Notes: generated by a model not told the origin, from the letters alone. A DNA stretch of 64,000 bases from Marsupella aquatica (GCA_973895155.1 OZ316896.1:6438166-6502165), one strand, 5' to 3'. Numbered from the stretch's first letter, positions 48,981 to 62,925 are shown. Program-made: numbers and translations.

Positions 48981-51900
48981 ATGGCTCAAGCGAAGAAGAA
49001 GGGGGGAGGGAGGAAGGACAAGAAAGGAATTCCTGGTGATGAGGATGACTTCGATGTTGTTGAAATAACTGAGGTAGATGCCAATCCTTCTGAAGAGAAT
49101 TCCCTGGCAGGCAAGAAAAAGGGAGGGAAAAAGGGAAAGAAGGGAGCAGAAGTCGATGATGAACAGTTTGAGGTCTCAGCGCCAATTAACTCCAAAGAGT
49201 CACTTGCAGAAGAATCTGTCGAAGATGATTACTCATTTGGTAAGAAGAAGGGAGGTAAGAAGGGAAAGAAGGGAGTATTAGTTGATGACGAAGAGTTTGA
49301 GAGTTTAGCAACTATCAGGGCCAAAGAGGGTACGGCTGAAGAATCTGTAGAAGATGATCACTCATTTGGAGGTAAGAAGAAGGGAGGCAAGAAGGGAAAG
49401 AAGAGAGCACAAGTTGACGATGACGAGTTTGAGGTCTCAGCGAGTATCAATACTATAGAGGCACAAGCTGAAGAATCAGTCGAAGACGATTACTCATTTG
49501 GAGGTAAGAAGAAAGGAGGTAAGAAGGGAAAGAAGAAACCACAAGTCGTTGATGAAGAGGTTGAGGTTCTAGCGACAATCAGCGCCAAAGAGGCACTGGC
49601 TGAAGAATCAGTCGAGGATGATCACCCATTTGGAGGTAAGAAGAAGGAAGGCAAGAAGGGGAGGAAGGGAGCACAAATTGACGATGAAGAGTATGAGGTT
49701 CTAACGACCATCAGTGCCAAAGAGGCACCGGCTGAAGAATCAGTCGAAGACGATTACTCATTTGGAGGTAAGAAGAAGGGAGGTAAGAAGGGCAAGAAAG
49801 GAGCAGAAGTTGATGATGAAGAGTTAGAGGTTTTAGCAATCGTCACTGCCCTAGTGGTACCGGCTGAGGAATCAGTCGAAGATGATTGGGCGTTCGGAGG
49901 TAAGGAGAAGGGAGGTAAGAAGGGAAAGAAGGGAGCAGAAGTTGATGATGAAGAGTTTGAGGTTGAGATTTCAGAGACCATCAATGCCAAAGAGGCACCG
50001 GCTGAAGAATCAGTCGAAGATGATCACTCATTCGGAGGGAAGAAGAAGGAAGGCAAGATGGGAGGGTTCAACATTCTGGAGGAAATTCAACCTGAAGGAG
50101 ATGAAATTGTTTTCTCTGGAAAGAAGAAACCCAAGAAGAGTAAGAAAGATATTAAAAAGGAGCAGGATGTTGAGGATACAGGAAGTGCAATCCAATCTCC
50201 TGTCGTGGCAGAAGAAGCTCAGGCTGCTGCAGATGTCTCCTCTGTTGTATTTGAATCATCTAATACCTCAGTAGCAGCCGGCAGCTTAAAGAAGAAGGGG
50301 AAGAAAGGGTCAAAAAGTGGCAGAACTGCCCAAGAAGAGGAGGATCTTGATGCCCTTCTTGCAGCACTGGAAGCTCCCAAGGTGTCGTCTGCCTCCAAGG
50401 CCTCTGAGTCTGACATACCTGCAGTGGGCACTCCGCCACCTCTCGTTGAAGCGAACAAAGAGGTATAATGTTTTTTTACGTCATTATTGGCTATACAGAG
50501 TCTTACTTTTGGATGTACATTTGTACGCACATCTGCAAAGCATCTCAGCTGATTAGAGATAAATATATTAACCAGACATTACCCATGCAACAGGTGCACT
50601 CAACATCGACAGTCACACAATCAAGTACTACAGAGCCAGAGGAAGTTGTGGAATCTGCAGCTGCAAAGAAAAAAAAGAAAAAAAAGGAGAAGGAGAAAGA
50701 GAAGAAGGCAGCTGCAGTTGAGAAGCCGAGTGATGAATTGTCTGCCGCAGATCAATCAGAGGCGGTTAAAGGCAAGATAGTGGAGAAGAAGGTTCCGAAG
50801 CATCTGAAAGCAATGCAAGAGCAGCTTTTGAAAATTAAGGAGGCCGAAGAAAAGAGGAAACGAGAAGAGGAAGAGAAACGGCGCAAAGAGGAGGAAGAGC
50901 AGGCACGACTTGAAGAGCTGGAAAGGCAGAAAGAGGAAGCGAAGAAGAGGCGCAAAGAGCGAGAAAAAGAAAAGCTTATTCAGAAGAAAAAGGAAGGGAA
51001 ACTTCTCACCGGCAAACAGAAGGAAGAAGCCCGTCGACTTGCACTCATGCGGGAGCAGATGCTTGCTCAAGCTGGACTGTCTCCAGACATTGAAGGAGGG
51101 CCAGCTGAGGATGCAGAAGCCGGTGCACCTCGCAAAACTAAGCCCAAATATGAAACTAAAAGCAAGAGAAGAAAGCCTGGCAGTCAGCAAGTAGCTGAAC
51201 AACCTGGTGAAGTTGGACCTGTGGATGGGACAGACATGCACGTAGAAGAAAGTAATATTAAGGAAGAGGAGGAACCTGTCATTGAGCCTGTTGAACCCAT
51301 GGAGGAGGCTGAAGCACATGTTGAAGACGCAATTATGGTGGAACAACCCGTGCAGGAGACGGCTCTAGAACCAGAAGACGAGGAAGACGAGGAGGACTGG
51401 GATGCCAAGAGTTTTGAGGACGTTGCTCTCCCAGCAATCAAAAGTGCATTTGCCGAAGATGAAGTGGAAGATGTTAAGGAAGTGGCGGTAGCCCCTGCAG
51501 CTGGGAAGGTTACGAAGCGCGTGGTTTCCCAGGATCCTGTTGCACCTCCACCTGCCAAAAGAACAGTATCTCCAGTGAAGCGCCCTCCTGCTCTAGTCGC
51601 TAAACGCCCTCATCAGAAGGACCAGGTCAATCGCAAGGCAGCTACCCCTGTTGCTGATGAAAGTGAAGATGATGAAGAGACAGAGAGTGACGAGGAAGAG
51701 AGTGACGAGGAAGATGATGCCGAGACAAGGAAGAAGCGCCTGGCCAAAGAAAAACGAGAAGCCCGAAAAGCAGATGCTCTCATGAAAAGAAGTGCAGATG
51801 ATTTACGGTCCCCTATTTGTTGCATTCTTGGGCATGTTGACACAGGAAAAACTAAGTTGCTTGATTGCATACGGAGGACAAATGTGCAAGAGGGTGAGGC

Positions 51901-54900
51901 AGGGGGCATTACGCAGCAGATTGGCGCTACTTACTTCCCAATGGAGAACATTAGGGAGCGAACTAAGGAGCTCAAGGCGCCTTCTGAGATGAGAGTTCCG
52001 GGTTTGCTGGTCATTGATACGCCAGGGCACGAGTCCTTTACGAACTTACGGGCTCGAGGCTCTAGTCTTTGCGATATTGCGATTCTGGTTATTGACATAA
52101 TGCATGGATTGGAGCCACAGACCATTGAATCCTTGAAGTTGTTGCAAATGCGCAAGACTCCTTTTGTTGTTGCCCTAAATAAGGTAATATGGGGTGCTCT
52201 TTCTGCAGATATAATTTGCGATATCCAATTCATTCCTCAGGGATGCAAACAAATATGGGATGTTCCTCTTTTGTAGTTTTGACTGGTTTTGCATCTTGCT
52301 ACGACTTCATGACAGGTTGATCGACTGTATGATTGGAGATCCACTCCAGACAGTCCAATTCAGAAGTCGCTGAGACTTCAAGGGAAGCATGTGGTTCAAG
52401 AATTCGAGACAAGAACGAATGCGGTATGTAAAACATCTATGGTTCCAGTTGAATAGTTTTCGTTTGGTTGAATGAATTGGTCTTGGTAAACAGAGACGGA
52501 TTCTTGTTTGGAACCTTCAAATAAACTTACGTCGTTTTACCTCGCAGGTAATAACCCAGTTGAAGGAGCAGGGTATGAATTCAGAGCTGTACTACAAAAA
52601 CAAGGAGGTTCGAAAGGTTATTAGTATGGTTCCCACAAGTGCCTTAAGGTATTGATGACGTGTTTAAAGTAATAGGTCTTCTCAATTTTTCCTACCTTTA
52701 CCGGATTTATTGTTCGTACTTTTCTGACAAATACACAATGGTTTTTGCAGCGGGGAGGGTGTTCCAGACCTTCTCATGTTGCTGATACATTTAACACAAA
52801 GAATGATGGAAGAGAAACTGATGTATGTCAGCGAAGTGCAGGTAAGACGTTTCAGTCATCACAATCTAATGCTAGAGAAATAGTTATCCTTTATTGTTTT
52901 GTGTTGATTATGATTTGTGGTAACCTACTGCTTTGCCATGTTCACAGTGCACGGTACTGGAGGTGAAAATGATTGAAGGTTTGGGAACAACTATTGATGT
53001 GGTACTTGTAAATGGTGTACTTCATGAAGGGGATCACATCGTGGTGTGTGGAATGCAGGTGAGGTTTCACACCAGTTTTATTGAGGCATGGAAAGTTTCC
53101 TGTCTTGTCATTTGTTTTGCATTATTTGCAGATGAATTGAGTTTACGGTTGGAGTGCCGAGTTGTACACGAGTAAAGTTTCCGGCGGGTTTAAAGCTAAT
53201 AGTAAAGTCTGTTTACTGGCAATTTAAGTGGTCTTGTCTGTCTGTCTGTTATCTAAAGTCTGTTGGGGTCTCCATCTGAAGATTGACAATGTTATGGTTC
53301 ATTTCCAATGGTCAGGGCCCTATTGTGACAACTATACGAGCTTTATTGACTCCACACCCAATGAAGGAGCTTCGTGTCAAGGTGTATTTTCCGTCCCTTT
53401 CGTTGATCAGTTGTCTCTGGGGGTGAATCTGAGTATTCATGGCCGTCTCTGTCTGGAAATTGAGATTTGTTTGCAAATGCTATAATGCGAACTGAAGTCT
53501 CGTAGGTCATACACAGGGATCGTACGAGAAGCATAAAGAGCTCAAGGCAGCTCAAGGAATAAAGATTACAGCTCAGGTATATTTTCTAGCAAAGGTTCTC
53601 CGTTCACTGGATAGTGTGGGAAGTACATAGTATGCCTTTCGTAAGCTTGACATGATTTTGGTCAAACAATGTAAATGCCATTTGGCCTATTTTTCTAGCC
53701 AGGTGCAATTGTGGTTGAGTTCTATGACCACTGATACCTACTCTAGCTCGTTTTGTGATGGGGAGTTCCAACCCAATTCTGAAAAGTAGTTATGTTTTGC
53801 TGGAACAGGGCCTTGAGCATGCAATTGCAGGAACCCAGCTTTATGTAGTTGGCCCAGATGATGAGGTGGACGACATCAAGCAGGAGGCTATGGAAGACAT
53901 GAAGAATGTAATGAGTCGTGTGGACAAAAGTGGTGAAGGCGTTTGTGTTCAAGCATCTACTCTCGGGTCTCTGGAGGCTTTACTGGAGTATCTGAAAAGC
54001 CCAGCTGTGAAGATTCCAGTCAGTGGCATTAATATTGGTCCTGTGCACAAGAAAGACGTCATGCGAGCTAGTGTGATGCTGGAAAGAAAAAGGAAGGAGT
54101 TGGCTACAATCCTAGCCTTTGATGTGAAGGTCACCCAGGAAGCCAAAGAACTTGCTGATGAACTTGGTGTCAAGATCTTTACGGCCGATATCATATATCA
54201 TCTCTTTGATCAGTTTACAAACTATATAAGCACTATTAAGGAAGAAAAGCGTAAGGAATCAGCTGAGGAGGCTGTCTTTCCATGCGTACTCAAGATTAAA
54301 CCTGAGTGTGTATTCAACAAAAAGGACCCCATCATTGTTGGGGTTGATGTGTTGGAGGGAATTGCTAAGGTAATTCTTGAGCTCTTTTGGGAATAGCTGC
54401 TATTAGGTTGTCTTGCCATCGTAAGAGTTGGCTTGTTAACCATCGAGTTCTGAACTCCAACAACGGCGTATGATCGTAACCTCTCTGTGTATATGGTGAC
54501 AGGTCGGTACTCCCCTCTGTGTTCCGTCCAGGGAATTTATCGAAATTGGAAAAATTGCATCAATAGAAGTAAATCACAAGGTGGTCGACACAGCAAAGAA
54601 GGGCCAGTCAGTGGCCATGAAGGTACGTACACCTGCCAGAGGCATTCAGTGTTGCAGGCCCTTGGTTTAGGATAGCCCTACGTTTGTTTGAAGGTTTTGG
54701 ATCCGAATAATTGAACTGAATCGTGGCTGCAGATCATTGGTACAAATGCTGAAGAAACACAAAAGATGTTTGGGAGGCATTTCGATCTTGAAGATGAGCT
54801 CGTGAGCAGCATTACACGGAGGTCCATTGATCTTTTGAAAGAAAACTACAGGGTACTTACTAATCAATTCACATACTTTTATCATCGCGTACCATAGGAC

Positions 54901-55403
54901 GTTGTGGTCATAGCAGAGACTAGAATGAGCGCGGGCTTTTGTTTATTTGGATGCTGGGGAGTCCGCTTTTGCTGAAGCCGCCATCGCAAGTCCAAATCCG
55001 CAAGTGTGCAAAAGCAGATCTCGGGCCTGAGTTCTCCTGCCTTCTTTTCTAGGTTGAGCCTGGTCTGCATATTTGCAGGCAGAAGTTCAAATTAATTGAC
55101 TTGACCAAGTATTGGAGCGGAGTTTCTTGGCGTAGCTGTAGAGGAAGTGTTAGTGCGATTTGAGGTGTCATTCCATGAGATTTTCAATTAAAAGAGTTTT
55201 CATTTGGGTTATGTCGTGGAGGGGACACTCTGAGCGTTGCTTTTGTACCTTCTACGATCAGTACTGTATCGAAGATGAAGATGAGGGTCCTCTTTTGGCG
55301 TTAGTGAACTAATGTTATTGCAAATTTTGGTGTGCAGGACGATCTTGCTATGGAAGACTGGAGGTTGGTAATGAAGTTGAAAATGCTCTTTCAAATTCCT
55401 TGA
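48981..55403 (+). CDS. eIF5B: Eukaryotic translation initiation factor 5B (IF2 family GTPase), 12 coding exons
   Basis: Exons 48981-50462, 50594-52183, 52316-52423, 52548-52648, 52751-52841, 52948-53058, 53316-53381, 53517-53576, 53809-54369, 54503-54622, 54733-54852 and 55338-55403, all with GT-AG introns and a continuous frame. Motifs [57 protein letters not shown]. Confidence 0.97.
49085..50060 (+). repeat. Coding minisatellite in eIF5B exon 1 (~8 units of ~120 bp / ~40 aa)
   Basis: Repeated unit [44 protein letters not shown]. Confidence 0.9.
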
Positions 55404-56739
55404 TTTCGCAGGATAATTGCTGTACTAGATAATCTGTGAGGCTTGTTAACTATTATAGGAAATTTCACTCGGGACTATAACAACTCAAAGCTGGATGAAT
55501 TTGATCGTCACATTCCACAAGAACCGAATCAGACAGCATCAAACCAGGTCAGGTGAGAAGAAGTTAAAGCCATGGCTTTAATGTTGTCATTTAACTTACT
55601 GTGAGAGATTTTGGGGCTCAAGGAAGATGGTGCAGTGTCGAAACGTACTGCATTGCCAATTTAGAGTAAAACGTTCCTCAACACAGTACATGCTTCGGCA
55701 AAGGTATCAATGGACGATGGCTGTCACGTAGTGGGTTCTTCACCTCTGATGGTAACAGGCTGATGTACAGAGCCTTTTGAGGCACGATTCTGCAGCGTCT
55801 GAAATTTATACTCTTCTACAGGGGTTGGTCTCTTTAAAAATTTTGGCTCAATATTTGGTCTCGGAAAATCGTTTTAGAAGTTAAGATAGCTTCATCGCCC
55901 TCTAGCTTTTCGCAGGGTCGTCGCAGAGTCAAATTTTCTTGGATATTTTTCATTTTTCTACGAAGTGGCAAGGCAAGCCTCCTTATGTATCATATGAGGA
56001 CAGTTTCAATTCCCTGCGTTTGTATATTGATGTGCACTGATTCGTTCCAAGACGTGTTCCTTTGTAGTTTTTAGTAGATGTCCAAACGTAATTGAGCATT
56101 AGTTTCGTCCATGGCACTTCTTTGGCATTGAACTTGTTTGTTGAGTGTGACTGCTGCACGTCGGGAGTATCATTACGATTATCTACTGTAGATGGCCTTG
56201 GGGATGACCCGTTCATATTAGTACGTGAATGAAAGCCAAGAGGTCCACTTTGAAACGCTGGATATTCGCGAATCGATGATACGGTTTTGGAGGTTTTTGG
56301 TATCCTCAGCACAACTCTACTAGTTTAGTAAGTCTCGACGATTACCCTTGTCATTAGTCATGGTGGTGGAGATGGTTCGGTGCTAAACAGTCTTATTTTG
56401 CACCCATCCATAGTGCTCATGTAAGGGACACCCCATTGGCGTCACATCTGGTGAGCACCCCGTTGGATTTTTGTATTTAGCAACATGTTGTCAAGTTCTG
56501 TTACAATACCGAAACAGTAAACATGTATACATACTTTTTCCAATCACGCATTGAATATGTATGACATATTTTCCTTTTAACAACGACAATAATTAGTGGG
56601 CTCGCGGGAGTCGTAGTGTGCTGAATCTCACAATATGGAATACTTTTTCCAATCACGCATTGAATGTGTATGTCATATTTTCCTTTTAACAACTACATAA
56701 TTAGTTGGCTCGCGGAAGTCGTAGTGTGCTGAATCTCAC

Positions 56740-57560
56740 AATATGGAATTGGCACATCTCACCACTGGAAATGAAAATTTCCCATTGATGCCACCAGACA
56801 ACCCACCACACAGTCCAACTCTACAATATTCGTAGCTTTCCTGACACAGTTCCCTGCCTACCACCACCGTATGGAGCAAGATGGAGCGATGCTTGGCCTG
56901 CTTTTCTGGTGGGACTCCCTCAGTTAAATGGCAATGAAATGCTTGGTAAAAATGAAACACTTCTGATTGCTCAGGGTTTGGCTGTCCTCCAAAAAACTCA
57001 TTGTGCACAGCCAGCCAGGTGCATTGTCTGCCATGAATAGCAAGGTCCTGGAACCATTCTCATTGGACACTTCAATCATGAGTCGCCAGGTGCATTGTCT
57101 GCCATGAATAGCAAGGTCCTGGAACCATTCTCATTGGACACTTCAATCATGAGTCTCCAAGCTTTCTCAAAGGACTTTGTCTTTGCCTTCAACTCACAAG
57201 TAAAGATCAGGCAAAGAGTGTGGTAGCCCAATCTTTTATCAACCTTTTCGTCACTTTAAAGCTTACCCATGCACCTTCAAGTCTTCCACCAGGTTGCATT
57301 TGCCACAGAAGATTGACCCTGGACCCAGCTCCTTTTGTAGTCATTTTGAAGATATGAGGCCTGTCCTCCTTAGGGCCCTGACCAGGTAGTATATACCTCT
57401 GGAGATAGGGAATAATAATATTCTTTTGCATTCAAACGAGAAAATCCAACTCATCCTTCCCTTTTTGGTCTTGTCTCACGCTACCCAATAGGGTTGCACC
57501 CTTCTGCAGAGTAGCGCCACCATTAAGGATTCCCAAATTTTGGTTTGATCAAAGTCTTCC
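56740..57560 (-). pseudogene. MULE transposase remnant, family copy 3
   Basis: PYLQRYILPGQGPKEDRPHIFKMTTKGAGS...LEGAWVSF (57207-57431) and FFGGQPNPE...FHFYQAFH (56736-57008). Confidence 0.85.
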
Positions 57561-57589
57561 ATGTCACCAACATTTTCACAATAAGTCCC

Positions 57590-58770
57590 ATACAAAAATC
57601 CAATCATTTCATTCTTCAGTCATGCAGGAGATGTGCGAGGATTTGCTGCCAGTTTCTTCAAAATCCAGTCGTTTCATTCTTCAGTCCTGCGGGAGATGTG
57701 CAAGGATTTGTTCCCAGTTTCTTCGTTGTCACCTCTTCTGCAATCTTCTCACTCAGTACTCCTGGAGAAAACCTTTCGATTGGGTTGGTTGTGATTACCC
57801 ACGTGTATTGACCCCAGCTTTTCAGAAGTGGGTGTTGGTCACCCAAGGTGACATTTTGGCCGAAGTGTACTCAATGTATCCTGCTGAGGGATGCCTTCCG
57901 CCAAGAGAATTGTCAGAATGGGAGAGGATCCACTGCCCCTGGTATTTGAGTATCAACAGATGGGATGTGCCCTTTGATCATTCCATAAGCTTAGGTCCAA
58001 TCCTCAAGTTGCAGTAAAAATTGTTTCGGGTATTGCAAGTGATGTCAACCATTCCATGGCAGATCTGCAGGCATAATGCAAGGCTACTGTGATTCTTGTC
58101 AATCAAAGTTGCAAGCCATGGGCAAAAGGAAAAACTGAGATAGTGATCCCAAGTGTTTAAACTCGATCTGCAAAAGAACGTGAGTATTCAAACATAATGG
58201 CCTTATGTCCTGGTTCTCAAAGGTCATGAGAGAGTTTAGTCAGCTCTCAACGCTATTATAGTCCATTCCTGATAATATTCTGTCTCTTGTCAAGGTGGGA
58301 GAAAATGTGACATTGAAGTCACAGATGACAAGAAAACAGATGCTACACCAAAAGTGTCTTGAGGCAAATCGGGAGGCAAATACTGGTGCTCTACCTGAAC
58401 CCGTTACTTCAGCTGATAAAGTAAAAACACTCATTCCCATTGATGCAACAATTACCAAGAAAAAAAGGGTGGCTGAAGCTGGAACATCATTGCTGACAGT
58501 GTTGCAGGCACTCGTCTCCAAAGAGACGTTGAAGACTTCGATCAAGACCTAAGTATCTCAACACTATTTAATCGAGTCCACCGTGTCGGATTTCTTTGAA
58601 AGTGCTTTCAATAAAGAAGAGAAGCCATAATGGGTGGCTAATGCTGAGAAGTGGGGTAAGGATTTAATCAAGTTTGGATACAGACTAAAGGGAGTTATTA
58701 GAGGCGAGAAAGAGCGATCATTTGGAGTTGACGCATGGTTCATCTATCTACCAACTAGTTATAAACCTAC
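57590..58770 (+). pseudogene. Second, diverged copy of the MULE cargo gene (partial)
   Basis: AFQKWVLVTQGDILAEVYSMYPAEGCLPPRELSEWERIHCPWYL (57622-58017) and AEKWGKDLIK.G.R.KGVIRGEKERSFGVDAWFIYLPTSYKPT (~58640-58770) match the cargo gene at 15351-16334 and 14421-14819. Confidence 0.88.
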
Positions 58771-58789
58771 AACTTCCACAATATTTGTA

Positions 58790-60871
58790 GCCTCTTCATA
58801 AGGATGTGCAATTGGGTGCTCAACCCTACCAGCAGTGTGCATCTCCCACAACTCATGGAGTTCAGCTTGTACTTCCCCCAAGGTTGATCATTGGCTTTGA
58901 AGAAGACTGGCTATATCCTTGAATTGGCTCTTGATCTCAGTCTCTACTGATGGCCAAACATTCTCCATAGTCTTCAGCCTATCTAATATCTCTGCAAGGG
59001 TAGACACTGCTCCCTACTCTATATCACATAAACCAACCAAATGGCTCTTCCAACAATTTAACAATTGCATAAGGGCTGACAGTACTGTACACCTGAAGAA
59101 AGACTGTATGACAGATTGTCAATAATGCTCCTAAATTACCTGTTTAGATTCAATGTTGCCTTCATCACACTTTACCCTTTTGATTTCTGCCACAACCTCC
59201 TCTTTTGTGGGTTTCTCTCCAGTGAGCTTTTTCTGGAGCACATTAACATTGCAAGACGCATTTCTCAATGTCAATCTTGCCTAAAGGTACCATGCTACTA
59301 TGACTACATATAGTCGACTCCATTATTGAAATGTAAATACATATCTGTATGGCATGGGAACCCAACCAATTTGGCCACTACTGGTGCATGTCCTCCCCTC
59401 CCCTATAAGTGTAGGATTCTTCACTGCACTTCTAGCGGCAATCATTTGTGCAGACTTCTCCTGTCCTGCCCTAGACTTCTCCTGTCCTGCCCTAGATAGG
59501 AATGTGCCTCTCAGTCGAGCCCATTGTTCTACATGAACACTTGGGGGTGCTTCAGCATGTGGTTTGTTGCCATCAGCAATCCATGCTTTGTGCAATCCAT
59601 GCCTTTTTGTTTTCTTAATAGTTTGTCCATACTTTGCAAGACAATCAACACTGACCCCTTTCCCAGAATTCCCCCAAATATTCCCACTTGTCTTGCATAT
59701 ATTTGCAAACCAGATCCCAGTCAGAAGGATGTTAACAATGAAAGTTAGTACAACTAATGTCCAACCACCGTAGACACTCCATTTGCAGGTCGTTGTGCCA
59801 TCTATTCTTTCCAGCACTCATCGTTGTGATCCGACCTTCATCATCAACTTCAACAGTACCCAGCTTCACACTCTCACCTCCCAATGCTCCCTGACGCACT
59901 ACTTGGTGTTGCAAATCCAGGTGTTCCTCCCCCATGGCCTTGGCGGGGTGTGATTGGGCGATCTGTAAAGAGAAACACAATTAACACCATTAATATCGTA
60001 TGATCTATGTCAACTACCTGATTTCATTACTTTACTTAGAACTGTTGTAGAAACTACCTCTTTCCCTTCGTAGACTTTTTGTCAGTTGGACTCTTGGTGT
60101 TGGTGTTGGTGCTGGTGTTGGGTTCCGATCGTACCCACCATAACCTTGCCATCTTGGGACAGGACTTCCCATGAATTGCCCCGATGGCCCCATTGACCCT
60201 CCATCATACATATTTGTGGGCTGCATACGGTCCCACATTGGGTCTGCCATTCACATCAGACATGGCAGACTGTCATACTCCGACCTACATCTATTGAGTA
60301 ACACAATCAACCAATTTGAGCTCAAAATACACTTATCCACATCAAACAAATTAAAATGTTCTTGCTTACTTGGCCAACCCAGACCCATATAACTGGCAGA
60401 AGGGCCTACACCCATAGACCCACCATATTTATTGCCCCCTTGTCGTGCTTGCGGCCAGTTATAGTTGTGCAAATTAAATTGCGGGTTATTGCAATTGTTG
60501 TTGCTTGGGGCTTGGGTTGAGTATATAGAGGGTGTCGGCCAAGATCTTATAGAAGTCCCCGCAGTTGCCTTACTGCAAGTAGGCTTTGGTGGAGGGATAG
60601 GATTTGGCATGTCATCATCCTCTGACATGCTAGCACCAACATCATGTTGGTGATACAGAGGATATTCTGTATCACCAACATCAGGCATGCAATCCTCTAC
60701 CTCATTCTTATTAGGAGATTTAGCCATTGAAATAGGAGTCTTTGAACTCAACCTCTCACTGCATCGCCTAGGTCCGTCGGGATTACAGAAGGTCTTCCGT
60801 CTACAATGACTTTGCTTCTTCAGTGTTGGGATACAGTCGCAGAACTTGACTACCTTAACACCTAGCTCCAA
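58790..60871 (-). pseudogene. Probable CACTA (En/Spm) TnpA-like gene remnant
   Basis: PPSVHVEQWARLRGTFLSRAGQEKSAQMIAARSAVKNPTLIGEG (59323-59817) resembles the Ptta/En/Spm plant transposase pattern. Low-complexity Pro/Gly-rich N-terminal pieces and intron-like gaps. Confidence 0.5.
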
Positions 60872-60883
60872 CGTCGTTGACTC

Positions 60884-62360
60884 TGACGCCGAGCTCCCTT
60901 ATGGTCCAGGCCCGAATAGGCCAATAAGGGAGGACTTAGCATGGGGAGACTTGTGGGCAATGGGACGTGGCACTAGCGAAGGCAAGGCGCCAAGCTGGTG
61001 ACACTCACTAAGGACTTAAACTAGTTGAGTGCTAGTTGGGTCAAGGGGAAAGGGGCCGGGCTCAAGGTTGGCCGTCCGGACCCCCGAACGGACTTTGAGT
61101 TGTGAGGACTTGAGTGAGAGTTCCTCTTGGGCCCAAGGCCAATGGAGTTGACGCCATGGGCAACGGATGCTTGGGGCAAGAGTTATGGCCCAATCCGGGT
61201 TTGGCCAATTGGGGGCCCCGAGCGGCAATGAGATTTGAGGTATGAGAACTGGATCAGCCCGATCACAACGGGCTAAGGCACTCCGCTTGTAGACGCCTAA
61301 CTAGGAAGTTATGGGCGTTGCCAGTTGGTGGCTCGCCTAGACATGCGCGATAGGATCCGGGTTGTGGACCAAACTTTTGAGGACCAAAGTTGGTCCGGGG
61401 GTGGCAGGTCTCCAGAAGCATATACAAGGGGAGTGGTGTCTCCCTGGGGGCTAAGGGCGAGCCAAAGTCGTGAGCCACGGCGGTCGCAACACTAAAGGAA
61501 AATGCCAAACGGAAACGGCGATAACTTCCCAAAGGGAAGTCTGTTGGAGGACTTCTTGGATGCATTGGAAATCTCTCAAGGAGGACTACATCCTCCTGAG
61601 CTCAACTGGGTCTGGGGGCACCGAAGGTTCTTGAGGTTTGCGGGTGTTATCACGCTTGCTTGCCAAATCCTGCCAAAATAACAACCAAGCCGCGTTCAGT
61701 CTCTCAAGGGATCTTGCGTTGGGGAGGCAAGGCCAAGTAGGCATGGAGGTTGAGTTCCAAGGGCACTTGGCCCCTAGACCATCAGTGGGGCAAGAACCGG
61801 GAGTTAGTTGCTAAAGTCGGGGCTGTTCTGGTCCCGGCGTGTTAGGACAAACTACGCTATTTGGGCCATGAGCATGTTCTAGGGGCAGGGCGGTCAGTTA
61901 GTGATGGATAGGTACGAGGGGGGACCCGGGCCGCACCCAAGGAATGAGTTTTTTCTGGAAAAACAGTGGGCGTTGGTTTTGGTGTCGGCTTATGGCATTG
62001 GGAGGACCTATCGCCGACCTACTTACCAATGTCTGTTAAGCTTGAGTTAGGATGCTAGACTTGGGGAGATCTAGATCCTGAAGGGTTACTTATCGAGATG
62101 CTTGGTTGGTTGTGCAGACATTGAGGACCGTTGAGTAGCGGTCGGGTTGGAGAGCAAGTGCAGCTTCGTATGGAAGGGGCCGTTGGTGGTGCAAGGGGCA
62201 CTAGGCTACTCACTTGAGGTATTTCGTGGAGGCATTCGGGCACTACCCCACTTAGGCGTGGGTGCTAGGATTGGTGAAGGCGCTGGGTGGCAAGGTCCAC
62301 CATTGAGCACAACTCTAAAGGGTTGTTGCAAGACACAAATAAGCACTCTGCAACTCAGGA
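60884..62360. repeat. GC-rich LTR-like fragment (boundaries uncertain)
   Basis: Abrupt switch to ggcc-rich non-coding sequence similar in style to the Athila-like LTRs. No TSD or partner found. Confidence 0.3.
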
Positions 62361-62599
62361 TAGGACCATAGAGTTGAAATCGCAGCTCAGCAGAGGCAAA
62401 AAAAAACCCCGCACCCCACCTTAGTTCTGCACAACACTTTCACACACTAGAATACTAGCCGTGTATAACATTAGAGCAATTGAAGCTTGACAACCAAAGC
62501 AAAATGCAAGTGCTGACAATATACTATGATCCTGTCTACACTTCCATAGTGAAATCCAAGTTTGACCCCGGCCCCGACCTGAGATTGCTATAGTGATGG

Positions 62600-62925
62600 G
62601 CATGCATAAGAGAGGGAGAGATTTCTACACTTAAGGAGCAAGAGAGAGAATTGTGCAAGACAGAGGACGATGGAGAGTGGAGATGATGGAAGAGCGAGAT
62701 GGAGAGAGACACACAGAGCAAGAGAAGGCAAGGAGGGAATTGAGCAAGAGAGGAGAATAGGGATGACCAAACAGTGAACTCTTGAAGAGAGGAGAGGCAG
62801 AGAGACCGATAGAGCTAAGAGAGAGGAGGATGGAGAGTTAATATGAACAAACAGAGTACAAACAAATTGGAGAGAGACACAAAGAGCAAGCGACGGCAAG
62901 GAGAGAATTGAGCAAGAGAGCCAAG
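62600..62925. repeat. GA-rich low-complexity repeat with an internal duplication
   Basis: ggagagagacac..agagcaag..ggcaagga..gaattgagcaagagag at ~62700 and ~62870. Confidence 0.7.

Noticed and set aside
50468-50593. Separate 602-aa gene starting at 50468
   Set aside because: Its first 42 codons are intron 1 of eIF5B (GT at 50463, AG at 50593); the rest is exon 2.
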